From contig NMRA01000785.1 in assembly GCA_002633005.1 (NCBI GenBank), positions 82,573 to 146,572 on the forward strand: a DNA stretch of 64,000 bases. Reading direction: 5' to 3'. The DNA comes from Phoronis australis. Lineage: Eukaryota; Animalia; Phoronida. Below are positions 38,701 to 51,947 of the stretch, in pieces; positions within the stretch are counted from its first letter, which is position 1; every line of letters begins with the position of its first letter. The position numbers were made by a program, and so were the translations under genes. The notes beneath the pieces were generated by a model. It was not told the DNA's origin, did no database searches, and saw only the letters and a list, made by a program, of their open reading frames with translations.

Positions 38701-39528
38701 ACATGGAGTGTTCGTATACAAGTCAGCTGAATGAACACCATTGTTCTGACATTATTCACACACAGATAAACTGGCCACCAAAGAATATTTGGAGGACTAC
38801 TATTTGTGGACAGCCAGGCTGACCTCTACAGTTGTGATAACTTATTTGATGCATTGTCAGGTGCATTGTGGGTGTTTCCTATCCGAACAATTAGTTGGTA
38901 GCCATTGACAAGAGAATATGCCCTCACTACGGTATTAATTGTTTGGAAATGGGACACCAATTTTCGTTGATATGATGAAACTGGAAATAGATACATTGGT
39001 AATATATCAACAAATATTGTTATGTTTAAGAGACTCTTACAAGTCAGAACACGCCAGAGCATTGAGACATATAGTCAAATTTATTGTGCATTCAAAATCT
39101 CAGTCAAAAAGATTTTTAGTCTTTTTCAGGTGCATTGTGGGTGCTTTCTATCTGAAAAATCAGTGTTCATGTATTCTCCTAGGAGTGCTTAATAGCCATG
39201 AAAGCGAATGCAGTGTTTCACAACAAATTTCTTCATCATTGTATGTTTTGAATCTCTTAAATGCTTTTGGCGTTATTGTGATAACAAATAGGACATTACT
39301 ATGTGTTATCGTATGAGCTTTCAGAAAGGGCAATTCTTCCAGTAGTGCCCTTGGCACTATTTCGATCAGGAAAAAGGACTTCACATTCAAGGCTTCTCAA
39401 AATAAAGATTGATCAAGTTCATTTCTTTTCCTACAGCTGCACCAGAAAATAAAAAGAAGCCGAAGGACAACGCTACAGATGACTACCATTATGACAAGTT
39501 TAAAAAACATATGATGAGGCGTAACTGA
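29720..39528 (+). CDS. C9orf78: Splicing factor C9orf78 / telomere length and silencing protein 1 (TLS1, HCA59) homolog (~294 aa, 9 exons)
   Basis: Exons 29720-29823, 30243-30354 (or 30360), 31549-31613, 32589-32669, 33717-33785, 34195-34323, 34907-35040 (copy 35928-36061), 38014-38112, 39437-39528. Family motifs: NDPFKLKTGG, FAAETNRRDEDADM, MLSNQMLSGIPEVDLGIEAKIRNIEATEEAK, FVPTNMAVNFVQHNRF, PLRVGD, ATDDYHYDKFKK. Confidence 0.95.
34788..36605. repeat. Tandem duplication (~34788-35596 vs ~35809-36605) at N 35597, containing C9orf78 exon 7
   Basis: Near-identical copies with different (CAA)n microsatellite lengths. The 134-nt exon would shift the frame if both copies were spliced in. Confidence 0.85.
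38479..38556. repeat. 13-bp minisatellite AGTCATGTGAAC(T/A) x6
   Basis: Six consecutive units read directly, enclosed by an inverted repeat spanning 38449-38593. Confidence 0.9.
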
Positions 39529-40339
39529 CGCTGTCAATCATTTTCTGGTGATAGTTGTCTGTTATGTTGGAGAGACGCACATGCTTGAATTGTGGGCAGG
39601 ATTCTCAAAGTCTTTCCATGCTATAATGCACGGTGAGATGGATCATGAAAGCCTATTTACATCATTCATGCAACAACATGGTATTGATCCTTAAACCCTG
39701 TTCACGTTATAAAGCAATGCGGGATGGAACCTGAGCGCCTGTTTACATCATTCATGAACAATGTGGCATGGATCCTGAAAGTCTGTTCCCATGATAAAAC
39801 AATGGGATGTATCGTGATAGCCTGTTAACATTACCAAATAATGCGTGTGGAGGTCACCAGTAGTTCTGTATACACACACTAGGTGTCAGGTGAGTGTCTA
39901 TATGAATGACTCAGGGATCAGGTGATTGTAGGATAGAGTCCTTCGATAGTTGGAGTGGTCATGAGGAATTCGTTCCACGTGTTGAGTGTGGAGTCTTAGA
40001 TAGTGTGCAAACCAGATAGAGTGTATGATCAAACACACTCAGTTCTGTAGAAAGCTTGTTAGTATTATGCACAAGCAGTGCTGTGATCGATAGGGCTTGT
40101 GACTGTTTTGTTAATAGGCTTACAACTTTGCAAGCATGGACTAGCAAAATGGACGTAACTTACACGTAGTGCATTTTTGGTGTGCCAGGCTTAAATGCTT
40201 AATCATGGGAGACTATTGCAAATGTAAGCTATGTGCACATCGAGCATTTAACGCCGCTTGCTTCCCAGTACAACGTTTGTAATATCTGGCTGAACATCTC
40301 TCAGGTCTGCATTGAGGTTGAGGTTATTGTAGTTTTTAA

Positions 40340-40345
40340 AATAAA
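40340..40345 (+). terminator. Candidate polyadenylation signal AATAAA for C9orf78
   Basis: AATAAA ~810 bp after the stop codon. A second AATAAA at ~40426 is followed by T-rich sequence. Confidence 0.4.
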
Positions 40346-40750
40346 GTGAACTGAACTCCGATGATCTCTGTTAATCTATGGGAACTTACCAGAATTATCC
40401 TGCAGTTCATTTAAACTTTCGTAGAAATAAAATAGTTTTTTATTTGAACTTTTGTTTTTATGCGGCGTTTGTAAATTAACTTGATTGGCACGTAGTCTAG
40501 GAGCGACACCTGTCGAGACTTTGCCCAAATTGTAATGTGTTCTAGTCGAAAACTGTTAGTCGCGATTTTCTACATCGACGCAATCTCAACGTGGTGCGCT
40601 CATTTTACAAACTACAATACACTTGGCTTGTGAGCAATATCAGATGTCATCTTCATGTATAGTCTCACCTTGTGCAATAAGTTCCCTTTGTATTTCTACT
40701 GAAAATATAATGTTTAATTTCTAGTGGAGTGTTTTGTGTTTCCGATGACG

Positions 40751-40985
40751 CAGAGGCGGATCTACAGGGGGGTTCAGGGGGTTTAAACCCCCCCTCGGGA
40801 CAGGATCAAAAACAAAAACTGGAAAAAAAATCGCCAGAAAAACGAAATTAGCTACTAAAAATCCAAAAAAAATCTTACACGGGAGGAGGGAAACCCTCTC
40901 AAGACCTTCCTTCTCCTCGGCGCTACGCGCCTCGGATTCTTTCGAATCCTAAACCCCCCTTACTGAAATCGTAGATCTGCCACTG
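40751..40985. mobile_element. Non-autonomous TIR element (CAGAGGCGGATCTAC...GTAGATCTGCCACTG), 5-bp TSD TGACG/TGAGG
   Basis: 15-bp TIR; internally homologous (inverted) to 58825-59055. Confidence 0.8.
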
Positions 40986-41966
40986 TGAGGAGATATTGCG
41001 CACACCGTTTTTACAACATACATGTACTCTACGTTGTCTTATACTTGTATCGGGTTCATAGATAATCACTCCTTCCCGTGTGCAAACCGACACCATGAGA
41101 ACTGCGACTATTCTCTCTCTGTTTCCTCGAAGTATCCTCTGTGATATCAAGGACAGACGGCGATACCACTTTTTCAAGATGGTGTAGTGAACCATGATCC
41201 ATCTCAATACCACGACTTCCTGATGTTGAAAATTTATCACCCTCAAACACGATGTATATTCACGGTGTTCCATCGAAATAGGAACCCCTGTCATGTACGG
41301 CGCACCAAAGTGGCTATAAGCCCCCCCCTCCACTTTTTCAATGCTGCGCCGCCCATGAGTATGATATCCCGTAGTCGAAAACAGAATCCTGCACCTTCAA
41401 AACACCTAACCAGCCCTGAAGACGCGAACCCTGAGAATTGCACATGAAAACCGGACCGTTGTCAGTAGCCTCAAACTTTGAGTTACATCCACAAGTGCAG
41501 CGTACTACGAGCTTAGCTTTAAGTGTTTAAGTGAGCATGGATGAACCATAGAGTAGAGTTGTATGAGGGCCTCCTAACAAAAATGTAATGGCTAGCGGTG
41601 ACAAAAAATAAACCCTGCCAACAATGGAAGTTGATTTCTCACTGTTTATGTATTCTTTGTTTCGCCGTGTCTCTCTTTTCTCGTTTGGCCGTGCCCTATG
41701 CCTACATCGGTGCCTCGGTGGTTCCAGCCTCACCTGACATTTCATCGTCCGCAGAACGCCCACCTGGTCTGCACCCTCAACTATCAGTTTCTGAACTCGG
41801 TGACACAACGCTAGTCGAAATAATTACCGCTACGGAATCGTCATTATTTTTATATGATATTCATTTCTTATGAAATACTTCAAGATGCATTTCAAAGATA
41901 TAACTATAATAATAAATAAAACAGTTGTAAAACAAGAATCCTTTAAATTTTAGTTAGAGCGTGTGT

Positions 41967-44900
41967 TTATTTCAGCACCATAGGTTTGACGGTTTGACCA
42001 TCTTCGGGATGAGTGATGCCATAATACGGCTCCATAGACGGATTGTTTCTATAAGGAATCATTTTGAAGGGAGGGTTTATTAGTGAGAAAAAATGGGGCT
42101 CTTGACGACCAACAAACAGCTTGTCTTCCCACACCGGGTGGTTTTGTAAATGCCTTGGAGCCAGGCCACGTTCTACTTTCAACAAAACGTCGTATCCGTC
42201 CGTATTACGATTTGGATACGCACTGTGGCCACCATTGTCTATTTTTATGGCTGTGTAGCGAATGTTTTGTCCACGGAATTTCACGTACAGTCGTAGCATC
42301 ATAATAATATTAGACATCCACCACGATGTGTCTTCGTATTGGGTTGGCAAGGGAAACAAGTGTGACAATGTATGCACATGATATGCTATAAACATTTCGT
42401 CGTAGTTCACAAACGGGTAGTACTCTGGCAGAGATATGGCGGACAAGTTGGACGTGGAACAACAATCGTGCAGGAAGTAACCCTTGACGAATATGCCACG
42501 TGCAGTGCACGCGAGTCCTGTGCCAACTGACGGCTTCACTCGCTCTAAAAACCTGTCGAATAGTCTAAGGGGAGGCAGGCTCAGGGACGTGTCGTTCAAA
42601 GCTTCGCTTGCCTCATCATCAAGTAGATTTGTGTCTGTTCTTTGAAATATCAAGTCAGCGTCCATGAAGATGTAATAGAGATGATCCGAGTACTTCGGTT
42701 TTGAAGTCGCGTATTCGTACAACCTATTTCGTCCACGTGTCCATGTAAGGGAACTTCCATTGATGTACCTGCAAAACATGGACAATTAGAACCCCAGCGA
42801 AGTGGTGGCAACAGGCTAGTCTTAAGGAAACGGTGTTCGAGGTGAGGACACTCGTTTGTGTTCTCTGGTTCCGCCGGGTCAGCTGGCTAAGATAATTGAT
42901 TCTCAAAGAATATATGTCCGGCTTAGAAACCGATCGGTTGTCCTAGCCGTTGATCACGTGAAATCGGTGATTCCAATCAAACTTAGCTTCAGTCAGACAT
43001 GCAAACTGTTCAATGTGTGCTGGAGAATAATAGGGAACATCATATGTCATGCTCAGTGTCCATTTCTGAGCGCAATATGCTGCATGTACATGTACATGCG
43101 TTTGTTGATTACAACAAGAACTAAATCGTTTTACATTAGGAAGACAAGTTAAACGGACGTTCACGGCGTGAACTTATTTTACAGAATTTAGCAGAGGCGC
43201 GGAATCATGAAACACCCTAACTTCGCAGTACCAGCCGCACTCTCAAGCATTAAATACAGTGTACATGCAGCAGTACATTTTAAGCGCATTTAAAGGCCTA
43301 GGGCACCGGCATAGAGTTCTGTGAATTTCGGCAGACAACTGTTCGAATTGGCGATTAATGATAAAATCACAAAAATAAGGGGTTTGATTGTTTAAAGCTC
43401 AGACAAAAGTTTATAAGAAGTCTACCAAACCAAAGAATAATCCCCAAAATGGGTTTTGGGTCCGTTTGACAAAGAATGCAAATTACTCTTCGATCACTCT
43501 GAGTTTTCGTTTCATATTTTTGAGTATTGAACAAACTATGTCAAAGGTATGTTGGAAGAATGCGCGCACCCAGCCTAAAATATTATGGACTCGGNGGGCT
43601 CGAATTCTTGAGGATGTGTCCAGTAAGGGGCCACACAATAGAAGGACTCGTCTAAAAGTCAACGTCAGGCGTGGCCTTCTCATCAGGAACACAAGATTTG
43701 CATACTGATCCTTTTAAGCGATAATGCAGACGGGGAGAAGGACGCCAGCAAACCGACGCAAACCTAACAAAAATGGCGCAGAAGTTGCCGTCTCCTCAAT
43801 AGAAAGTACAAAGGCAAACGTAAACAAACACATTTTGCCACCAGGGGGAACAGTCGTATTTGGATAGATCCGATACTCTATACCGTTTGTCGTCAGCTCC
43901 GTTGGAATGCATCCTGTTTCAAATTTCACAAAGCTCCTTTAAAGGTTTAAGGACATTCAGCCGAAGGGGCAAAAAATAAAATATCCAATAAAGGTCGACA
44001 CAGTAGTCGGACTGGTCTTCTCGCCAGGAACATATTTGCAAATTTTCATAATCATCAGTATTGCACAGTGGCGGATCTAGGATATCACAAGGGGGGGCCA
44101 ACATGTTCTCCCGCTGTAAGCATTTGCGCAAACCACGATTGTAGATGCGCACAGCACCGAATGGGGGGAGGTCGGGACGGGGGTTTGCCTCCCTCCCGCC
44201 CAGGACATTTTTCTGTTTTTTCCTCTAAAAACCAAGCATTTTCCTTGGTTTCTGATGTATTATCCAAGAAAAAAAGGAAAAAAAAACAAAAAAACACGGA
44301 GAACGTGTCACACAGGAAAAATTGCGACTTTCACAGATTCGAACTCACGACCTGGATGATAAAACGCGCGTGCTTTACCAATACACCACAATGACATCTC
44401 TGATAAACAGAAACTAAGAGACCTACTTGTTTATGGTCCACAGCGTTTGCACGCGAAATCTACTTCTTTTTGTAATGCTTATTACACGTTTTATATTTTG
44501 TGTAATCGGTTCTTAACAAATTTGTTGTATTTAAAATAGTCTTCAAATGCCCAAAAGACCAAATCCGTTTTTCGTGTTGGCAATAATGACGGGATTGCTT
44601 TGGAAATCGTCTTAAGTTAAGGTTTGACAAAGAGACAATTAATGAGTTTCTGAGTGATTCGCTTAGGCTTCGATTAAAATTCACATCTTACCAGCACCTT
44701 CTGTTTTTTCATCGTGACTCAGATTCCATTTTCTTTAAAAAATGAAGCAAATTTTCTTCATAGCACAGTGGAGCAGACGACGGAAACGAGGTCGTAGTGC
44801 GCAGCGCCACTGCCGGTCGCCTGGGATATCGCATAATTTTAATTACGGGGGTTAATTAATAAACTCAACATTTCCCTACGCTCTTGCTGTTTTATTTTTT

Positions 44901-46718
44901 TNCCTATAAGTCAATTTTCATGAGAATCCATCTAAGAACTCCGAAGATACAGAGGCAACGATAAAAGCCACTACGTAAACAGTGCTACTCTCATCGCTCC
45001 GAAACTCAATCATCCGTCGTCAGCTACATAGGAGCACACCTGTCATTCTGCACATGAAGGGGTTCAGGAGATACAGTTGCATACGTCAGCCACGGGCGTC
45101 AGACGGCGCCGGACGCACAAGCAGAGATGACGACAACATGCAACCACGTGTGGACTCACCAAAATGCAGCTTCAACGATCATGTTTTATAACGTGAGATT
45201 TGGTGTTACCCTCTGACACAGAGCCACCCGGCTTTACTGAAAAGTGGCCATGTGGAAACATGATGAACAACACACGGAATTCTGTGTGTGGGCATCAATG
45301 CGCATGCTTGGTCGGAAGTTAATCGATCATATCGCCACCGCTTGCTCTCGCCTTCAATGCGCTGCACTTGTTTGGGCTTAGCCACGGGATCGAGGTTCTT
45401 TCGCTTTTGTTTACTTCGATCACAGTCCGTTGTAATAATTTTACTATTCAATTCAAAGGTGGTCGCCAATGACACTACGTAACAGTAAACTGAAAGGGGT
45501 TAACAGATTTCAACCAATGGGAATGCCGGACTGAATGTTATGACGTCGGTTTCATTAATAATAAATGTGAAGCCATGATAAAAAAACATTCTACAGTGCT
45601 ATCTTTCGTAGCACTGTGCAAGAGTATAACTTGGTGTCATTTTGTACCATTATTCACCTAAACTTGCGGTGGTAATAAAATAACACTGGGTAGGAAAAAT
45701 AAAAGAAATGCATGACGTCGAATTTAACTGTGTTTCAGGGATTTGGTCATTACACCAGTGTTACTGAGTTGTTTATGTTTGACTGCCATAAACAAGTATT
45801 CTTTACATCCAAACTGACGTCTCGTGCTACATCTGACTCGCTCTAGTCCTAGGCCGATGATACAAACTAACATGACCACGTTAGTTTGTATCATCGGCCT
45901 AGGACTAGAGCGAGTAAGTGAGGACCCCCCCCCCGCGACACGGGTTGATGTGACACCCATTAGCAAGTATTTAGACCCAACTGATAATGAGAATTTCCGC
46001 TAGAATGTTACATAATGTCACAACTTTATGTCACTGACCGCGTGCGATTTTATTCCATCAAGAGAGACTGTGGGGAAACTTTATATGATACAACAGCTGA
46101 GAACATTGATAAGCTCGATGATGCAAACTACAGTGTATTCACAGTGTTAACAAAAAATCTTTGGCGAGCGCAGCATTAAAATTTGAACCCACCTTTGGCA
46201 GTGAGGTTAGTCGGACCGGCTGATGTGATGCCGCTGATGTCGCTGCCCAAAATTTTGATGTGTCATTAAGCGAACTGGTATCACCAAGAACAGATAGTGC
46301 AAAAATTACCATTTCCTGTTCAGTCGCAGGTGGACTCCTGCGCCCGACGTCGACAATTTATTTTAAATAAACACTTTCTCTCTTGTACTTACGTAATATG
46401 CTTCTTTGAAACATCTGGGCAGACTAATTTATAGCACAAAACAATAACGTCGCAGCGACATGCAGTGGCATTCCCTAAAACTTCATGAGTTAAGTAATAG
46501 TCCGAAAGACACGAGGCAACTTGTATAAGATAAAGGAAACGTGGATTTTGCACTGGCTCTTGTCTGAAGACGTGAGTGATTGTATAGTACACGTTCCATT
46601 GAGGTCTCCAGTAGTAAAGGCTGAAGGTGCTGTAGAGTAGGATCCCGACGAAAACGAGTAACAAGGTCCTGTAATGAAAAATAGCTCGATAAATATCAAT
46701 GGTTCTAATAAGGACCAT
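41967..46718 (-). CDS. Uncharacterised type II membrane protein with DxD motif, putative GT-A-fold glycosyltransferase-like (~375 aa, 2 exons)
   Basis: Exon 1 is 46718-46393 (AC|GTAAGT) and includes an N-terminal TM segment TLLLVFVGILLYSTFSLYYW. Exon 2 is 42768-41967 (tttgcag|G TAC). The join is in frame, 1128 nt, with motif TWTRGRNRLY...YYIFMDADL. Confidence 0.75.
44066..44832 (-). mobile_element. Second (inverted) copy of the composite tRNA-core repeat, within the intron of the DxD gene
   Basis: Begins CAGTGGCGGATCTAGG and is reverse-complement homologous to 15862-16588. The minus strand at ~44330-44395 carries TGGTGTATTGG (A-box-like) and GAGTTCGAATC (B-box-like). Confidence 0.8.
45836..45915. 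repeat. 80-nt palindrome with a perfect 36-bp stem
   Basis: ACTCGCTCTAGTCCTAGGCCGATGATACAAACTAAC - ATGACCAC - GTTAGTTTGTATCATCGGCCTAGGACTAGAGCGAGT. Confidence 0.9.
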
Positions 46719-49229
46719 TTTCGCGTTAGGGGAAACGTATCCTCAATACACCTTCACCAAAATTTTAGCTTTTCTGGAACATTTGAACTAGTCTTATTAA
46801 TTAGAAAGGACGTGTGTCTGAGGTTGTTGACCCCCTACCTACATGTAGTTATTGCTTATGGTTTAGCCATATCCGAGCGGAAGTGGATATTTCAGGCCAA
46901 ATAGTTCACTGACAGAGAGTAAAACAATGGTGTGCAGGCGAGAGTTCGCTTAGCTCTTGTTTCGACTTAACAGGTTGCATAGAAATCCTTAGTTCAAATA
47001 TTTGTATCTGTTCAATATCTAACGTGTTCATTTCGATGTATGAAGAATTATTGATATACAGGAAGTAGATAAAGCACCGCACCAATAAAACAAACGAATT
47101 TAACTGATGCTCATACGTCTTCACTGTACGTCCATCTTACTGTAAAGGTCGTGCGGTCGCCTCAGACTACACAGTTGTGATGCTAGTGCTGTCCGTAGAC
47201 GCAACAATCGTGAGAAAAGGGTAAGACCTTGCAAAACCCCGCGAGTTAACTAAGGAGCTAATTAGCGTATTATAGGTAAATGACAGCCACGGAAGTGATT
47301 GCTGTGTGGGGTTGAAATGGTGAATTTCGAGATAGAATTCACTTTTCTGTTCCAAAACACTGTTCTGCTAAAGACATATGTGACACCGACTGTGGTGTCC
47401 AATCGGAAGCTGCAAAAAGAGCAGTGACTTCGTCACTTTCCAAGTTCACAAAAGTTTGCAGGTTATGAGGTCATGAGTTACCAAACTGATACAAGGAGGT
47501 ACATGTTTTTGATGAGAACACCTGACCATTAATTGGTTACGGAACCACAATTGAGGGTTTGTTGAACGCAGTAAATGGAATTCCGAACAAAACAGATGTC
47601 AGCAGAGCTACATGTATGTAGAGGGTTCATCAACTTGCCGAATATAGCCGTAGGTGTCAGTTGACTAAGATCATACAAAACGTTTAGGTACATGTATGCT
47701 CTTTCCACTTCTTTTCCGATGACATGAAACTTCATGAAAAGACTTAAGACTAAAATCAGTCTGATGTAATTTAAGCTTAGCTGCAACCGATGTCCTTTCA
47801 ATATTAAATGGTTCAAAAGTAACCAGACTACAGAATAGAATCGAGAATTTTCAAAATACTTTGAATATTCTGGCGCGCACCAACAGATTGACCGCCACCG
47901 TTGAATGTCGTTGAACCCCAGTTTTTTATGATTCGCTAATAACAACTGCAAACTCTCTGCTGAGAGTTTAACAAGGAGGGACAATACTAGTAAAGGACAC
48001 GTTTGTTGATACTTAAATAAGGTCCGCACAGTTGTTCTCTTTTAAAGTGCAAATTTTAAAGGCACTGTCTGTTGACGAAATCTAAACGTCAAATGTAAAA
48101 GAAACATACGACATGTGCGGCAAAGAAGCATACGGTTGAATTGTGTAGCAAATGGCTCGTGCCTTATACAAAATCCTTGTCGCAGGCATGGTCACTGAAC
48201 ATTTGTTCACTGTTTACTGAATTCTAAGTCACTTGTCTACACCTTTGTAAATAATGGGCCCTTATTGATGGAATCAAAATACTACTCTGCATGCAGACAT
48301 TATTTTATTAAGAAGTCAATCAATCCGCCTGCTGGTTGCCACCTGTCACAACTTCGCCTAGTGCGTGGCGGTCTTCACGATCGATAGTCAGGAGATCAAT
48401 TTATGTCATAACACTTCCACGGCTCTAATATTTGGAAATGCTTTCTATTTATTTGTCTTTCTTTTTCATGTTTCGCTGGACCTTTCTCGCACCTATGTCC
48501 CCGAGTTTGGGCGGCCACCCCTCCCCTCCTCCTCCATCGGGTGACAACTGCTTGAGCTTACATACATGTATATGTCTACCGCCACACGACCGAGCTGAGT
48601 TTAAGAGGCAAATCATCATTACTAATTTCTACCGTTCTATGCTGTAATAGCCTACTTGTCAATATTACTTTTACTTCAGTATATATACAAGTTAGTAATT
48701 GCTTCAGCTTTCTATGAATCAGAAATTTCTTTAACGTTTGTTATCTCCAATATACTCGTTAAAGTTACAAACGAACCACCTCTGCGTACGTAGCCGAACC
48801 GCATTTTTCCGATAGTCAGTAACGGGTACCGTCGTCGGATGGTAGTGTCCTGTGTCAGACCAAAGTCGGTTCATGGGCGGTCTGTCTGCGATGTTACGAC
48901 CCGTTGACGGACACTGTGGCCGACTTCAGTAACCGTCGTTGCACCGGTGTCGTGCCACCGCAAGCCAGCATGATGACAACTACGAGACAATCAGGAGAAC
49001 GAAGATGTGACTAGACTTGTCTGTAGTACAGAAAGATCTAGTCATATCTGCCTACATTACTTCTAATTCTTGACGGTTGTCCCTGTTACATTGTGGCATA
49101 GTACAGCTGTATAGAGTGAGGCCAATTAGACGGACCCTGAAGAAGATGGTCCTAATTTATGTTTAGCCTAAGCTTTTACGATCACCGTGCTAACAAATCA
49201 AGACAACTGATTGCGGTTATTTGCGATTA

Positions 49230-49393
49230 AACTTGTTTACTGACTTGTTTACTGACTTGTTTACTGACTTGTTTACTGACTTGTTTACTGACTTGTTTAC
49301 TCACTTGTTTACTGACTTGTTTACTGACTTGTTTACTGACTTGTTTACTGACTTGTTTACTCACTTGTTTACTGACTTGTTTACTCACTTGTT
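49230..49393. repeat. 12-bp minisatellite (ACTTGTTTACT[G/C]) x~13-14
   Basis: Read directly; it generates the spurious FTDL/VSKQ repeat ORFs. Confidence 0.95.
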
Positions 49394-50878
49394 CTATTCC
49401 ATCGTGCATCATTCATTGCAATAATGCGAACCGGACGAATTGAGTCTATTATTACTTCGGAAGAACACCAGGAAATTAGAGAGTATGTGATTCTCGCAAA
49501 CAAAATTATTAATGCAGCAGTAAGTCGATGTTAAAAAAAAACTCGTTAACTTGCAGTCTTGGTTTCAAGATTTGCCAGACTTACTCAGTTGACAAGAAAA
49601 TTTAGTCTTGCTAAGAATTGATTGTACGATGTTCATCGAGATCACGTTTAGACAATAAAAATGACCCGCCGTGGCAAGTTAACTTTTCAGCAAATAACAA
49701 AAATTCAGTAATTTTCAAGCTCAGAAATCACGTGACCCATTCGGACTAGCCGGGCAACCTTCAAGTCAGAGCACAATCGTGTAACAATACAGTTGGAGAC
49801 CAATTTTCTAGCGCCCATATTGTCACTATAATATGTACGTTTTGGTTTACTTTCCATCGTTTTTAAGTGAAATCCAGCCTGAATATCCAGGCCCTAGAGG
49901 TATCTGCTTGTTGCGCGTTAAGGTTGATCTCAGAAATCCACTCCAATGTCACAACAAGTACAATTTGGAATATTTTTGTCGTTTGTAGTTGAAAGTCAAC
50001 ATGAAAATGGAAATCAAAGGTGTTTTGAGCTATTGCTTCAGATGCGAAAAGAAGCTGAAAACAAGAGTTAGCAAAGCGTTGAAATGCGCTCAAGACTGTG
50101 TGCATCTAGGAGTGTTTATTAGAATCACTAGGTGGCGCCAAATGTGCCAAACCTGTCCCAAAATAGTAAAAACTCGTCGTCTCTTTAAAATGAACAAGTG
50201 TGCTGAATTTCAGAGAATGAAGACACAACAACAAAAGTAAAAGTAGAACTGACCCTGCTATCCGTCCGACAGACTGAAGTCGCCAGGTTGACACGTTTAT
50301 CATTTTTTGGTGATAATAAGCATCCCGCTCTCAGGAGATACGCATGTTCAAGCAAAAGATAGCCACTAAGGTGCGCCAGAGAAATCGGACCGCCCGAAAT
50401 TCGACGTCATAAGTGTAGTGGCCAACAACACTTTACCAGAATAGCTCACTTCTCTTCCAGGAACGTGCACTGCGTACGAGCAGCGCCCTCTTTGCACAGC
50501 TGTGAATTACCTTAGCGCGAAGTCTAGACTTAACGACCGCCTTAAATTCTGTTCCGCATTTTCAGGTACAAATTTAGAACGAAATGTAACTCCCAACCTT
50601 TCATAATGAAGATAGGCTACAAACATACGTTATTACTCTTCATTTAAAGTGGCTCAAGCCATATATATAGTTCTGACGCTCTTGAATCTCATTGGAACAG
50701 CAGCACAGTCTTTGTTAGTTACCGATATCATTTCTAAAATTTATTTCTAGACTGCGATGCGCTCACACTTTATGGCAGAACTTTATTGTTTATTAAATCT
50801 TACCAGCACTGGAAATGACGTCATACGCTTTAAAACCATTCAATTTACTCTTTTTTGAAGCTTTCATCGTCCTTATCT

Positions 50879-50893
50879 TATTATTATTATTAA

Positions 50894-50924
<31 letters not shown>
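50879..50924. repeat. (ATT)n microsatellite
   Basis: Read directly. Confidence 0.9.
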
Positions 50925-50925
<1 letters not shown>

Positions 50926-51403
50926 GTTATCTTTATCTTAGAGCCTTTTTCGTCGTTCCCTGCATGTCATAGGCATATATCAACTCAGTGAAGGACTGAT
51001 AGAGAATCTCACTCCAACTGTGTACTGTAGGACACAAAGCACGTTGAGCTCGGTCTCCTGCGTCATACTTGCGTAAATACCTGATCAAGTATCATTTGTT
51101 GACACGATCAATGAAAATTAATTCATGCCTATTTTTACCATAATTTAACAGCTTAGCTAAATTATACCATTCAGTATGAGAATGTTATCATTATGCCAAG
51201 CGTCATAATACGAGCTGGAACTGTCTCCAACAGTCTCTTAGGTTTAGCGACTCGCGTTTTCATTTAGTTCGAGTGCTTTGGCTGACGCCGCAAATATGTC
51301 GACTTCCTATCAAAGCTGTCCCCTGGCTGGTGGAAGTGTTCAAATCAATAAAAACTAACGGTTTTAAAACGACTTGACATGTTCCGGTGTCATTTATTCA
51401 AAT

Positions 51404-51947
51404 GCAACAAGTGATGAAGCAAAGACTTGCCGGTAATCAGTTATAGGGATTGACAATAAACTAGACCAATAATGACAACCTGTGGTGTGTCAGTTGCCTA
51501 TTGAGATTGGGCTTGCACCAACTGATGGGTGGAGCCTCGCGAATTTTAAGCTCCCTGCTTGGTCTATTATCGCAAAGTCATTGAAAGAGCATTGCTAATA
51601 ACAATGATTGGAGCTCTGTAGATGAATATTTACATATTATGTGAACCTCTGTAAGAATTTGTATTTTCCCTGGTCCTGATTTTCAAATGACGAGCAGTTT
51701 TGCCTATATAACTGGACCCACATCAAGCACAGATAAATTTGTACGCTACCCCGGACCGTAGACCCATAAAAAATTGTCCTTAGTGTTAAAAAAATTCGAC
51801 AGTTTTAAAGACTTGAATGAGGTTTTACGCATCAGTTGGTGCAAGACCGATCTCAATAGGCAACTGGAACACCACAGGTTGTCATTGTTGGTCTAGTTTA
51901 TTGTCACTCCCTGTAACTGGCCATGCCTGTGTCTCATCACTTATTGC
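51404..51947. mobile_element. Foldback/MITE-like element with ~120-bp inverted arms
   Basis: 51404-51527 is the imperfect reverse complement of 51830-51947 (e.g. GACAATAAACTAGACCAA..ATGACAACCTGTGGTG vs CACCACAGGTTGTCAT..TTGGTCTAGTTTATTGTC). Confidence 0.7.

Noticed and set aside
49221-49424. FTDL/VSKQ repeat proteins
   Set aside because: These are translations of a 12-bp minisatellite with no splice or homology support.
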